A stretch of 34,575 bases of DNA from Bacteroidales bacterium (GTDB taxonomy: Bacteria; Bacteroidota; Bacteroidia; Bacteroidales; JAIORY01), in contig DAOVNY010000003.1 in NCBI GenBank assembly GCA_030630005.1, forward strand, positions 1-34,575, read 5' to 3'. Shown piece by piece: positions 8,008 through 18,126 of the stretch (position 1 is its first letter; the number at the start of each line of letters is the position of its first letter). The position numbers were made by a program, and so were the translations under genes. Under the pieces are notes generated by a model. That model ran no database searches and was not told where the DNA came from. It saw only the letters and a list, made by a program, of their open reading frames with translations.

Positions 8008-9273
8008 TCACAATTCTAAAATCAAAACATCTTTCCATCTCACCATAATTCCACCACCGCTATGGATTTGAAGAGCAACCACTCCGGTAGCTTCACCAAT
8101 TTTTTCATCAATTAAATTAGTCATTTCTTCTCCATTCAACCATGTAACAACATTATCATCAATTACTCTAATTCTCATAATATTCCACTCACCCATTTTA
8201 AGAAATTTCTCTTTTTCCTCAGGAATTTCATTAAGCCAGCCTCTACCACACGATTCATAAATTCCACCTGTATTTTTCCCGGGAGGTGCCACTTCTACCT
8301 GCCAACCACTGATCTTTGTTCCGTCAAGGGATGAACGAAAAAAGATACCGCTGTTACCATTTGTTTCCTGTTTGAATTTTAATGTAAGCTCAAAATTCTT
8401 GAATTCTTTTTCTGTGGCAAGGTATCCGTATTTTTTATCAGGTCCGCTTTCGCAGATGAGTTCACCATTATTGACAAACCATTTTTCAGTCCCGTGAATT
8501 TTCCAGCCATCAAGATTTTTTCCATTAAATAATGAAACAGTATTTTCATCAAGCTCTCTGATCTTAATATTTCTGAACCAAACAAGACTTCCATGATCCT
8601 GCAAGGCAATATGTCCTTTTTTTGCCAGTCCATAGCCCTGATAATCCTTCCATTTACAGTTTTTAACCAGTTCTTTCCATTCATCAGTCCAGAGTGTATA
8701 TTCAACAACTTTCTCGCCGTTAAGCCAGTGCTCAACATGATTACCGGCAACAATTATCTTTGTAGTATTAAATTCACCAACGGGTTTTATTTTCGTTTCT
8801 TTTGCAGGATGCATTGCATAATTAGCAGCAGTCATTTGCCAGTCTTTAAGTTTTTGAGGAAAACCAATATCATCTATCAACTGATATTCGGGACCCGTGG
8901 AATAAACTGTAGAATAATCTTCTTCAAGAACACGATAAAAAATACCACTATTACCGGCTTCGGAGATCGCCCACTCTATTTTGAGTTCGAAATTATCAAA
9001 CTGCTCATCAGTAATGATATCACCGCCAAGGTCACCTCCTTTACCCAGTCCTGTAAGCAAACCGTTTTTCACATCCCATCCTGTAAGAGTATCAGATTGA
9101 AATCCACGCCATCCATTTGTTGTTTTACCGTCAAATAAAAGGTTCCATCCTTCCTGCTTTTCCTGCTCTGTAAGAATATTATTATTTTTTTGATCTTTTT
9201 TACAATCGGAGTTGTAATTACATGAAACAAAGACAGAAACAAATAGAAGTACAAAAATTGATTTCCTGATCAT
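8008..9273 (-). CDS. Tandem double-DUF1080 lipoprotein
   Basis: Lipobox FVSC; two LF(D/N)GK...NSGIF...ALQ(D/I)H domains. Confidence 0.9.
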   Translation of the reverse strand: MIRKSIFVLLFVSVFVSCNYNSDCKKDQKNNNILTEQEKQEGWNLLFDGKTTNGWRGFQSDTLTGWDVKNGLLTGLGKGGDLGGDIITDEQFDNFELKIEWAISEAGNSGIFYRVLEEDYSTVYSTGPEYQLIDDIGFPQKLKDWQMTAANYAMHPAKETKIKPVGEFNTTKIIVAGNHVEHWLNGEKVVEYTLWTDEWKELVKNCKWKDYQGYGLAKKGHIALQDHGSLVWFRNIKIRELDENTVSLFNGKNLDGWKIHGTEKWFVNNGELICESGPDKKYGYLATEKEFKNFELTLKFKQETNGNSGIFFRSSLDGTKISGWQVEVAPPGKNTGGIYESCGRGWLNEIPEEKEKFLKMGEWNIMRIRVIDDNVVTWLNGEEMTNLIDEKIGEATGVVALQIHSGGGIMVRWKDVLILEL

Positions 9274-9310
9274 AATATAAAAATTAATGGCTCTGTAAAT
9301 TTTTTATCAA

Positions 9311-9318
9311 CAAATGTA
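9311..9318 (-). promoter_or_regulatory. Bacteroidota sigma -7 element (TACATTTG) upstream of the sugar cluster
   Basis: Matches TAnnTTTG ~40 bp upstream of ATG 9273. Confidence 0.6.
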
Positions 9319-9377
9319 AGTAGAAAACTTTAAACAAATAGTATAGTTATTTTTAAAGTATGGTATGGATTCTAAAT

Positions 9378-11069
9378 TTACATTTTCCCATGACGCAAGA
9401 TAGAAATAAGAAGCCAAAATCCTAAAAGCCCTGCAGCAATAAAACCTACAACTCCAATAACAGGAACATCATTCCATAAGGGCGGGATTTTTGAAAGCAC
9501 TATTAATGAAGAGCCAACTATTATTGAAGCGAGAACAATAGCAAAAGAAATTCGGTTACTGATGCGTTCGTGTGTGCCAAGCATAGGGTCAAGTCCTTTA
9601 TGCTCAATATCCATTTTTATTGTACCATTTTTTACTTTTTCGATAATTTCGCGAATTTCAAAAGGCAGTTCTTTCATCAGTTGCAGCAATTCTTCAGAAG
9701 AAATGAATAAGTCTTTTGCAATTTTGCGAATGTGCAAGCGTTCCCTGATCATCTTCTTTAAATAAGGCTCTATATGTACTGCCACATTAAAATCAGGATC
9801 AAGTATTTCTCCATTTCCCTGTAGAAGCAGCATTGACCTCCCCAGCAAATACAGATCGGAAGGCATTTTTAAGTTATTTTCAGGATAGAATTTCATTAAA
9901 TCATTGACCAGGGCAGCCATGTCCATTTGTTCCAACGATTGATTAAAATACCTATCTATAAGTTCTGTGATCTGTAATTCCAGTTTCCGGGTTTTTACTT
10001 CGCCATCTGTTTCACACAATCTGAGTAAATTCCTGATAATTTTGTCGATATCGCGATGAATTGCTCCGGCAGCCATTGATGTGATTAGTTCTCTTGTAGT
10101 CCGGGTAAGTGTTCCCATCATTCCATAATCAAGAAAACAAATTACGTTTTCAGGCAATACTAAAATATTACCCGGGTGAGGATCAGCATGGAAAAATCCA
10201 AATTCAAATATTTGTTTTGATACCAGGTCAGCTCCCCTTCTTGCAATAATTTTACAATCGAGGTCATTTGCTTTGATACTTTTAATATCTGAAATTTTAA
10301 TACCATCAATATATTCTATTGTCAGGATTTTTTTTGTACTAAAATTCCGGTAGCATTTGGGAACATATATGTTTGGGTCTTTCTGAAAATTATTACCAAA
10401 TCGTTCCAGATTTGAAGCCTCAATAGCAAAATTCAACTCCTTGTGAATAGCTCTTTCAAATTCTTCAACAATTTTAACAATGTTCAAAGATCTCATTTCC
10501 TGAACATGCTTTTCCATCATCATAGCGAGATGAAACATTATTTCCAGATCAGTTTCAATAGTCCGATCAATTCCCGGACGCTGAACCTTAACTACAACTT
10601 CCTCTCCTTCGATAAGAATTGCTTTATGCACCTGGGCAATGGAAGCAGCGGCGAGAGGTGAATATGAAATACTTTCAAATACTTCCGAAATTGGTTTTCC
10701 CAACTCTTGTTCAACAAGGGAAATTGCTTTTTCTCCGGAAAAGGGAGGCACAGAATCCTGAAGTTTTTCTAATTCATGTATTAATTCAATAGGAATTAAA
10801 TCTGCCCGTGTACTCATTACCTGACCAAACTTGATAAACGTTGGTCCGAGTTCTTCCAAAACAAGTCGCATACGTTCCCATCGCGAAAGAGTATGAATTG
10901 TAGAATCTGCCTTCCTGAAAACAATCTTTCTACCAAAATCAATAACGCTCTCTAACCTTGACCGGGAAATAATATCGGCAAACCCATATTTTGTAAGTAC
11001 ACCGATAATTTCCATATAGCGGTTGACATGACGATATGTTTTGCCAATCATTCCGATCTTACGAATCAT
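9378..11069 (-). CDS. ABC1/AarF/UbiB-family atypical kinase with C-terminal membrane helices
   Basis: ELGPTFIKFGQ, AASIAQVH, VKVQRP, FHADPHPGN, DYG motifs. Confidence 0.93.
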   Translation of the reverse strand: MIRKIGMIGKTYRHVNRYMEIIGVLTKYGFADIISRSRLESVIDFGRKIVFRKADSTIHTLSRWERMRLVLEELGPTFIKFGQVMSTRADLIPIELIHELEKLQDSVPPFSGEKAISLVEQELGKPISEVFESISYSPLAAASIAQVHKAILIEGEEVVVKVQRPGIDRTIETDLEIMFHLAMMMEKHVQEMRSLNIVKIVEEFERAIHKELNFAIEASNLERFGNNFQKDPNIYVPKCYRNFSTKKILTIEYIDGIKISDIKSIKANDLDCKIIARRGADLVSKQIFEFGFFHADPHPGNILVLPENVICFLDYGMMGTLTRTTRELITSMAAGAIHRDIDKIIRNLLRLCETDGEVKTRKLELQITELIDRYFNQSLEQMDMAALVNDLMKFYPENNLKMPSDLYLLGRSMLLLQGNGEILDPDFNVAVHIEPYLKKMIRERLHIRKIAKDLFISSEELLQLMKELPFEIREIIEKVKNGTIKMDIEHKGLDPMLGTHERISNRISFAIVLASIIVGSSLIVLSKIPPLWNDVPVIGVVGFIAAGLLGFWLLISILRHGKM

Positions 11070-11070
11070 T

Positions 11071-11379
11071 TTACTCCTTTGTTTTTTTACTTAGAGAACT
11101 TTGCAGCTTATCCAATTGTTTTTGGATTTTTTTCAGGTCTTCATGAGTTGCTACTCCTAACTTATCAACAACCTTTTTTACTTCACCATTAATCTTTCCC
11201 TCAATCTGTTGCTTAGTTTCTTCCGAATGTTTAAGAAGTTCATCTGCAAATTTACGACTTTCTTCCTTTGTTAATTTTGCCTCTTCGGCAGTTTTTTTTG
11301 CAAATTCTTCTACTTTTTCTTTAGTCATCAAACCAATTCCGATTCCTGTAAGAATCCCTTTTTTTAATAGATCAATCAT
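11071..11379 (-). CDS. Phasin-like/PHA granule-associated small coiled-coil protein
   Basis: LKKGILTGIGIG..TKEK N-terminus and LGVAT.EDL C-terminus; 1 bp upstream of the ABC1 kinase; RBS GGAGG. Confidence 0.75.
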   Translation of the reverse strand: MIDLLKKGILTGIGIGLMTKEKVEEFAKKTAEEAKLTKEESRKFADELLKHSEETKQQIEGKINGEVKKVVDKLGVATHEDLKKIQKQLDKLQSSLSKKTKE

Positions 11380-11432
11380 TTTTTACCTCCTTTTAATTTA
11401 ATAATATTAATTTCTTTTTATAGTTTTCTTTA

Positions 11433-11440
11433 CAAATATA
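11433..11440 (-). promoter_or_regulatory. -7 element (TATATTTG) upstream of phasin-like gene
   Basis: TAnnTTTG match ~55 bp upstream of start. Confidence 0.55.
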
Positions 11441-11497
11441 ACAAATTTATTTATCATCATCTTTCACAAGTTCAGATGCTTTTGAAATACTGATTTA

Positions 11498-12937
11498 TTA
11501 TTTTTCAGTTTTCTGTAATAAATCACTATATTCGAGTTCATTAATATTTTTAGTTAATTCCGTTAGTTCTTCATCATAATTAACCATAGTCTGAAAATAA
11601 TTTGCATCTTTTAAAGCTTCATCTGCTTGTTTGTTTTCAGGTTTTGAATTATCGGTAATTATATTTTCTCTGAAATTTTTATAATGGTCTCTTATTGAGC
11701 ATGGCATTAGATGATTTTTGCGTATTTTTTCATAATCAAGCTGCCACTTACGCCCGTTTTTCATAAACCGAGATTGAACTGCATCGCCAAGATTTTTCCC
11801 CTGTTTAAATAAATCATAAACATTATCAACATAATAAGGCACAAAAACACAGGGCATAATATTGCCGTTCCAATCAATATAAATATACCCGTTATTCCTA
11901 CCATAAGCTACGCAACCATTACTAATAATACCGCTATTCCAAAAATCGGCAACAGGATATTTTTTTTCAGATAATACTTTTTCCCAAACTTTGTAAAGTT
12001 CTACTCTTTTTTCAGGTGACACAACCAAGTCAAAGGTTTCTTTACCACGCCCGATAGGCATAAATTGAAATTGCCACATATACGAAACTCCCAATTTTTC
12101 AAAATAATAATCGTAGAATTCGTCAGTAAGTAAAATATCACAGTTTTTACTTGTTGCTGTTACAGAAATTCCAAACGGAACACCAGCTTTCCTTAGATTT
12201 TCCATGGCTTTAAGTATTTTATTGTAAACGCCTTTTCCCCTGCGCTCATCTGTTTCATCTTCATAACCTTCAACAGATATAGCAGGTGTAACATTTCCTA
12301 ATTCCGAAAGCCTTTGAGCTATGGAAGGCGTTATTAAAGTCCCGTTAGTATAAACCAGAAAAAAAACATCACTATATTTTTCAAAAATATCCAACAATGT
12401 TTTGCCTTCACTTTTATACATAAACGGTTCACCTCCGCTAACCACAATGAATTTTCTCCCAAAAACATCGTGAACATCACCAATTATTCTGTCAACAACA
12501 GGATATGGTAATGTTGGGACCGTATGGTTGGTACTTCCCGCATAACAACCCGTACATTGTAAATTACATCTCTGCGTTGGTGAAATAACAACAAAACCGG
12601 GCGGATACTCACCATATTTTGATTTATATTCGGTTTGTAATTTTCCTATTTTATCCCCTGCCTTTGTTATTAATTTTTTTCCAACTAATGTATGAGTACT
12701 TCTTTTTAATCCATTCTTGGAATAATATCCTTTCCCTAAGTTCTTTTCAATAATGTTTAGCAGACTTGAATAAAACTGGTATCTTTTCAATCTTTCCTCG
12801 TAAGATCCACTATCAATATCTTTTGAGAATTTATTAAACATATAATTATCTAATTGTCTAACGGCAACAGTCCTAAGATGTTTGTTAAAAATAATACTTT
12901 CAACTGCTTTTTGAAAAATTACTTCCTTTGTTTTCAT
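11498..12937 (-). CDS. Radical SAM protein with SPASM/twitch-like C-terminal cysteines
   Basis: CNLQCTGC (CxxxCxxC), SGGEP, YTNGTL, GC...GNIMPC...PC. Confidence 0.9.
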   Translation of the reverse strand: MKTKEVIFQKAVESIIFNKHLRTVAVRQLDNYMFNKFSKDIDSGSYEERLKRYQFYSSLLNIIEKNLGKGYYSKNGLKRSTHTLVGKKLITKAGDKIGKLQTEYKSKYGEYPPGFVVISPTQRCNLQCTGCYAGSTNHTVPTLPYPVVDRIIGDVHDVFGRKFIVVSGGEPFMYKSEGKTLLDIFEKYSDVFFLVYTNGTLITPSIAQRLSELGNVTPAISVEGYEDETDERRGKGVYNKILKAMENLRKAGVPFGISVTATSKNCDILLTDEFYDYYFEKLGVSYMWQFQFMPIGRGKETFDLVVSPEKRVELYKVWEKVLSEKKYPVADFWNSGIISNGCVAYGRNNGYIYIDWNGNIMPCVFVPYYVDNVYDLFKQGKNLGDAVQSRFMKNGRKWQLDYEKIRKNHLMPCSIRDHYKNFRENIITDNSKPENKQADEALKDANYFQTMVNYDEELTELTKNINELEYSDLLQKTEK

Positions 12938-13019
12938 TTTTAAATTTTTATATGATTCATTTACAACAATTATACCATTTGACTTAATATCGTTTATTAG
13001 TCAGTTTTGTATAAAAAAA

Positions 13020-13598
13020 TTACCTCTTCTCTATTCCCCTGACAAGAATTGAAACCAATTCGTTTAACCTGCTTCCCAGTTCATTATATTTATCTTCTAT
13101 AAAGAAAGGTATTTCCAAGCCTTTTAAAGCTGTCAAAATTGCAGGAGCTGTTATTTCGACACTATTTATATCAAATTCGTTATTATTCACTCCGCCGGTT
13201 AAAATAGATTTTATAAGAATTGTTTCCTCATTATCATATCTTTGTCGAATATCCCCAATAAAATCAAGGTAATTCAAATAATTATTTTTTATTGCATCGT
13301 GAAAATTAATTAACTCATTTAATGTTTTCATTCTAACAGTAATGTAGTTTACCAATTTTTCTTTAGCATTATTTCCATTATCTATAGCTTCAATTAGTTC
13401 AGTTCTTAATGTTTGAAATTCCTTATCAACAACTTTTTGGAATAAGTCTTCTTTGCTTTCAAAATGATAGTAAACAGAGCCTTTGGCTTTATGAGCAGCG
13501 CGTGCAATTTCATCTACTGTGGTTTTGTGGAAACCGAATTTACTGAATATATTAGCTGCTACATTTAAAATTCTTTCTTTAGTTTCATCAATTTTCAT
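13020..13598 (-). CDS. TetR/AcrR-family transcriptional regulator
   Basis: N-terminal HTH: FGFHKTTVDEIA...KGSVYYHFESKEDLF. Confidence 0.95.
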   Translation of the reverse strand: MKIDETKERILNVAANIFSKFGFHKTTVDEIARAAHKAKGSVYYHFESKEDLFQKVVDKEFQTLRTELIEAIDNGNNAKEKLVNYITVRMKTLNELINFHDAIKNNYLNYLDFIGDIRQRYDNEETILIKSILTGGVNNNEFDINSVEITAPAILTALKGLEIPFFIEDKYNELGSRLNELVSILVRGIEKR

Positions 13599-13632
13599 TT
13601 CTATTCGATTTGACTAATTAGGTTTATTCGTA

Positions 13633-13640
13633 CAAATATA
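13633..13640 (-). promoter_or_regulatory. -7 element (TATATTTG) upstream of tetR
   Basis: TAnnTTTG match ~35 bp upstream of start. Confidence 0.6.
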
Positions 13641-13699
13641 CTACAATTTTATTATAATTATGATAATTTTTAATTTTTTTTTACTTTAGTAATCAATAC

Positions 13700-13733
13700 A
13701 AAAAAAAGCCCCTCGTTTAAAACGAGGAGCTTT
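13700..13733 (-). terminator. Intrinsic terminator downstream of gdhA
   Basis: Minus strand AAAGCTCCTCGTTTTAAACGAGGGGC followed by T8. Confidence 0.85.
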
Positions 13734-13766
13734 AACACAAATTCACTTAAAATAAACAAAGATAAT

Positions 13767-15104
13767 TTATATAATACCTTCATCCATCATTGCATTAGCA
13801 ACTTTAAGGAATCCGGCAACATTTGCACCTTTAACATAATTTATATAACCATCATCTTCGGTACCGTATTTAACACAAGCTTCATGGATATTAATCATAA
13901 TATCATGTAATCTTTTATCAACTTCTTTTGCAGGCCAATTCAGTTTCATTGAATTTTGTGACATCTCAAGTCCCGAAGTTGCAACACCACCGGCATTAAC
14001 AGCTTTTCCGGGTCCAAATAAAATTTTATTTTCCTGAATAATTTCAACAGCTTCAGGAGTAGATGGCATATTTGCACCTTCGGCAACGCACATACATTTA
14101 TTATTTACTAAATTTTGAGCGTCTTCTTTATTTAGTTCATTTTGAGTAGCACAAGGTAAAGCAACATCACATTTTACTTCCCATGGATGTTTTCCTTTAT
14201 GGAATTCAGCTTCTGGGAATTCGATTGCATAAGGTGCAACGATATCCTGGTTTGAAGCTCTTAACTCAAGCATATACTCAATCTTTTCGCCGGAAATTCC
14301 TTCAGGATCATAAACATAACCATCGGGACCTGAAAGTGTAATAACTTTTCCGCCAAATTCAGTAACTTTCTTAGCAGCACCCCATGCAACATTACCAAAA
14401 CCGGAGATAGCAACTTTTTTACCTTCAAAAGTTTCGCCTTTAGTTGCAAGCATTTCTTTTGCAAAATAAACAGTTCCAAATCCTGTAGCTTCAGGACGTA
14501 TGAGACTTCCACCCCAGTTTATTCCTTTACCGGTAAGTACACCTGTATGCTCTCTTGCAAGTTTTTTATATGCACCATATAAGTATCCAATTTCTTTTCC
14601 ACCAACTCCAATATCACCGGCAGGTACATCTGTATCAGGTCCGATAAGATGCCATAATTCTAACATAAATGCCTGACAGAAACGCATTATCTCTGTATCT
14701 GATTTTCCTTTAGGATCAAAGTCCGATCCTCCTTTTCCACCACCCATTGGTAATGTAGTAAGGCTATTTTTAAATATCTGCTCAAAACCCAAAAATTTAA
14801 GAATACTTAAATTTACACTTGGGTGAAAACGTAATCCACCTTTATAAGGTCCAATAGCATTATTAAACTGTATCCTGTATCCAAGATTAACATTAACTTT
14901 TCCGTTATCGTCAACCCATGATACCTTAAAAGTAAGAATTCTGTCAGGCTCAATAATTCTTTCAATTATTCCTGCTGATTCAAATTGAGGATTGTCTGCA
15001 ACGACATCTTCAAGTGTTTCCAGTACTTCTCTAACAGCCTGTAGATATTCTTGTTCTCCGGGATGTTTTTTTTCGAGCTTACTTATTATTTTTTCAAGAT
15101 CCAT
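13767..15104 (-). CDS. gdhA: Glutamate dehydrogenase, NAD(P)-specific
   Basis: GPYKGGLRFHPSVN, GGGKGG, DVPAGDIGVG, RPEATGFG, EGANMP motifs. Confidence 0.97.
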   Translation of the reverse strand: MDLEKIISKLEKKHPGEQEYLQAVREVLETLEDVVADNPQFESAGIIERIIEPDRILTFKVSWVDDNGKVNVNLGYRIQFNNAIGPYKGGLRFHPSVNLSILKFLGFEQIFKNSLTTLPMGGGKGGSDFDPKGKSDTEIMRFCQAFMLELWHLIGPDTDVPAGDIGVGGKEIGYLYGAYKKLAREHTGVLTGKGINWGGSLIRPEATGFGTVYFAKEMLATKGETFEGKKVAISGFGNVAWGAAKKVTEFGGKVITLSGPDGYVYDPEGISGEKIEYMLELRASNQDIVAPYAIEFPEAEFHKGKHPWEVKCDVALPCATQNELNKEDAQNLVNNKCMCVAEGANMPSTPEAVEIIQENKILFGPGKAVNAGGVATSGLEMSQNSMKLNWPAKEVDKRLHDIMINIHEACVKYGTEDDGYINYVKGANVAGFLKVANAMMDEGII

Positions 15105-15197
15105 AACTCAAATATTTAAATATTGTTTAAAATGTTTATTAAAATTTTTATTTATTTCTACTGTTATAAAAATAACAATGTTAATTAATTCACAGCG

Positions 15198-15205
15198 CAA
15201 AATTA
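15198..15205 (-). promoter_or_regulatory. -7 element (TAATTTTG) upstream of gdhA
   Basis: TAnnTTTG followed by C, ~95 bp upstream of start. Confidence 0.5.
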
Positions 15206-15375
15206 CATTTTATAAAATGATATTTCCAAATAATTTTGGAATATTTTTATAAAGTTTTTTAACAAAATTTGCCGCAGATTCACAGATTACAAAATTAATC
15301 TTTTTGTGCTATGTTTATGGAATTCCTGTTCTGAATATTTCGTAAGTTGTAGGGGGCTATTTTCTATCATTTCCA

Positions 15376-17712
15376 TTAGGCTACTTTTATTTCGTATAAA
15401 TGTTTCTGAAAATCAATAAATAATGAGCTTATATTTGCAACATCGCCCAATATTTCTTTTGCGTCTTCCAACGATTGGTATTTATTTGTTAGTAAGATTG
15501 GTAATTTTTCCTGAGCAAGTTCTCCAACTCCTGTTTCAATATATTTGCTTAATACAAATTCAATAAATTCCTTTTGTTGATCATTTAGTAATGCAAAAAT
15601 TGTTGCTTCTGCTCTTGTTACTCTTTCTTCTCTTGTTATCGGTTTTATGTCGCTGTTAAACACATATTCCAATACATCAAATAAGTCGCTTTTTTCTGCA
15701 TTGATTAGTTTTTTCAAAGTGTTTAAATCTTCTTTTCCGAAACCTGCTTCGTCCAACTTCTCAAGCAAAATTTTACGTGTCATTGGGTTGCTCCATAAAG
15801 TCCGTAATTCTTCTTCGCTTTTAAAGAAGTTAGGAAGTTCACCAAACAAATTATTTAAAAACTCTTCTGCCGAAATTGGATTACCGTCTGCATTCCAAAA
15901 CGAAGTAGCAATCATGTGTTGTATTTCTCTTTCTTTTCCGTCTTTCAGTTTTATCTTAATTCTTTTCTTTTTTTCTTTTGGTTCATAAATACCATCTTTC
16001 TCCAATGCTGTTGACGGCTCTTTAAATTCTTTTGGTTTATATTCTTTGGGTTCTTCTTCAACCGGCTCACCATCCCATTCCGGATCAGAAAATCGTTGAT
16101 AAGCATCTACAAAATCGTAAATAGTAAAAAACTCTTTCCCATCAAAAAGACGTGTTCCTCTCCCCACTATTTGTTTAAACTCAATTATCTGATTTACCGG
16201 TCGCATCAAAACAATATTACGGATATTCCGGGCATCAACTCCTGTTGATAGTTTTTGTGAAGTTGTTAAAACTGTCGGAATTGTTTTTTCATTGTCTTGA
16301 AATTTTCTTAAAAATTGCTCTCCAATCTCTCCATCATTGGCGGTAACACGAACACAATAATCAGGGTCTTTGCTTTTCTTGTATTGATTTACCAATTCCC
16401 GAACAGCAGCTGCGTGGTCTTGTGTAGCACAGAAAATTATTGTTTTGTCATTCTCATTGGCTTCGTCCATATAAATCCGAACTCGTTTTGCCTCTCGTTC
16501 TTTTATTTCAATGATTCGGTTAAAATCAGGTTCTTCATACAGTTTTCCTTCTTCAATTTCGCCTTCAATAATATTATCATCACTTGTATAAATATAATCG
16601 TCAAGCGTGGTTTTAATTCGTTTAACTTTGAAAGGCGTTAAAAAACCATCATTAATACCTTCTTTAAGCGAATAGATATAAACCGGCTCGCCAAAATATT
16701 TATAAGTGTCAACATTGTCTCTTCGTTTTGGCGTAGCTGTTAAACCCAATTGAACAGCAGGCGAAAAGTACTCTAAAATCCCTCTCCAATTTCCTTCGTC
16801 ATTTGCTCCGCCACGATGACACTCATCAATTATGATAAAATCAAAATAGTCTTCGGGATACTGCCCAAAACTTGGTACTGAATTCCCTTCAGCATCAGAA
16901 CCACTCATGAAAGATTGAAAAATGGTAAAGAAAATGCTGCCGTTGGTTGGCACTCTACCTCTCATTCTTATTTCGCTGGGTTTAATTCTTACCATTGCAT
17001 CATCAGGGAATTTTGAAAAAGCATTAAATGCCTGGTTTGCGAGAATATTTCGGTCTGCCAAAAACAAGATGCGAGGTCTTCGGTTCCCGTCTCTTTGTAA
17101 ATTCCAACGAGTATAAAAAAGCTTCCATGCAATTTGAAAAGCAATAGCTGTTTTCCCTGTTCCTGTGGCAAGAGTTAATAAAATACGGTCTTTGTTTTGT
17201 GCAACGGCTTCCAAAGTATTTTTTACTGCAATTTCTTGATAATATCGCAATTGCCAAGTACCGCTTTTATCTTCATAAGGAACGGAAGCAAATTTATCTC
17301 GCCATTCGTTTTGGTCAGAATAAGTTTTATCCCAAAGTTCTTCAGGAGTAAGAAAATCTGAAACCAAACCCTCTGCACCTGTTTTCATACAAATTTGGTA
17401 AATCTCTTTTCCGTTGGTTGAGTAAGTAGTTTCTAAATTTAGTTTTTCGGCATATTGTTTTGCTTGTGCCACACCTTCGCCTACTTCCAACTCATCGCTT
17501 TTAGCTTCAACAACAGCGAGTTTAACACCTTTGTAAACCAAAATATAATCAGCAATAAGTGGTTTTTTCCTGCCACCGCCAACTTGTATTTTTCCGTCTG
17601 TAATCTTACAAACATTGCGTTCACGAAGGATTTTAGAACCTTCAACAACTCCCCAACCACAAGATTTTAATTTGGGGTCTATTAATTCTGCTCTTGTTTC
17701 CGCCTCATTCAT
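15376..17712 (-). CDS. hsdR: Type I restriction endonuclease subunit R (EcoAI/EcoEI-like)
   Basis: ADYIL..VVEAK nuclease motif, LRYYQ, ATGTGKT, DECHRG, TATP, QIVGRGTR, helical C-terminal domain. Confidence 0.95.
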   Translation of the reverse strand: MNEAETRAELIDPKLKSCGWGVVEGSKILRERNVCKITDGKIQVGGGRKKPLIADYILVYKGVKLAVVEAKSDELEVGEGVAQAKQYAEKLNLETTYSTNGKEIYQICMKTGAEGLVSDFLTPEELWDKTYSDQNEWRDKFASVPYEDKSGTWQLRYYQEIAVKNTLEAVAQNKDRILLTLATGTGKTAIAFQIAWKLFYTRWNLQRDGNRRPRILFLADRNILANQAFNAFSKFPDDAMVRIKPSEIRMRGRVPTNGSIFFTIFQSFMSGSDAEGNSVPSFGQYPEDYFDFIIIDECHRGGANDEGNWRGILEYFSPAVQLGLTATPKRRDNVDTYKYFGEPVYIYSLKEGINDGFLTPFKVKRIKTTLDDYIYTSDDNIIEGEIEEGKLYEEPDFNRIIEIKEREAKRVRIYMDEANENDKTIIFCATQDHAAAVRELVNQYKKSKDPDYCVRVTANDGEIGEQFLRKFQDNEKTIPTVLTTSQKLSTGVDARNIRNIVLMRPVNQIIEFKQIVGRGTRLFDGKEFFTIYDFVDAYQRFSDPEWDGEPVEEEPKEYKPKEFKEPSTALEKDGIYEPKEKKKRIKIKLKDGKEREIQHMIATSFWNADGNPISAEEFLNNLFGELPNFFKSEEELRTLWSNPMTRKILLEKLDEAGFGKEDLNTLKKLINAEKSDLFDVLEYVFNSDIKPITREERVTRAEATIFALLNDQQKEFIEFVLSKYIETGVGELAQEKLPILLTNKYQSLEDAKEILGDVANISSLFIDFQKHLYEIKVA

Positions 17713-17757
17713 AATTGTTAATTATTAATGGTTAGTTGTTAATGGTTAGTTGTTAAT
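17713..17757. repeat. 7-nt tandem array (AATTGTT/AATGGTT/AGTTGTT x6) downstream of four-helix-bundle gene
   Basis: Fills the whole spacer up to the hsdR start codon. Confidence 0.85.
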
Positions 17758-18115
17758 ACTTGATTAAGTTTAATTTTGTTGTTTTAATAATACTTGTAAT
17801 TAATTTTATCATTTCAATAGCATCAATATTAATACTTTCAAATTGTTCTATACTTAAATAATTAGTTTCTCTTAACAGTTCTAACCAATAAATACTTTCG
17901 TTTATTTCTTTTTGTGCAATTGCCATTTTATGAATAAAATCAGCCTTGCTCTCAGCGTGTTCTGCCTATCTAACCAAAGCACTTACACTTGTACCACTTC
18001 TTAACAACTGTTTTGAAAGAACATATTCTTTCTTTTCTGATTGAATAAATTGATATAGTTTCACAATGCGAATTGCAAATTTAAAACTCTTCTCTTTTAC
18101 AATATTTTTCTTCAT
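17753..18115 (-). pseudogene. Four-helix-bundle protein (TIGR02436/23S rRNA IVP-like) with in-frame TAG at codon 50; absent from ORF track
   Basis: Manual translation MKKNIVKEKSFKFAIRIVKLY...LSKQLLRSGTSVSALVR*AEHAESKADFIHKMAIAQKEINESIYWLELL...; TAG at 17968-17966 where the family has Glu. Confidence 0.9.
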
Positions 18116-18126
18116 CTTAATATCTT

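Noticed and set aside
8379-9138. Longer alternative-frame and antisense ORFs (124 and 181 aa) and other short track ORFs
   Set aside because: Fully overlap well-supported genes and show no recognisable motifs
7945-15288. 7.3-kb composite element bounded by the inverted 18-bp repeats
   Set aside because: Would split the sugar operon and enclose housekeeping gdhA; no transposase or target duplication; better read as independent remnants
17966-17968. Amber recoding or readthrough in the four-helix-bundle gene
   Set aside because: TAG ends several normal genes here (e.g. 684, 18162, 20023, 27915); a single GAG-to-TAG change or sequencing error is simpler
17753-18115. Diversity-generating retroelement suggested by the Avd-like fold
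   Set aside because: No reverse transcriptase and no template/variable repeat pair seen in the window
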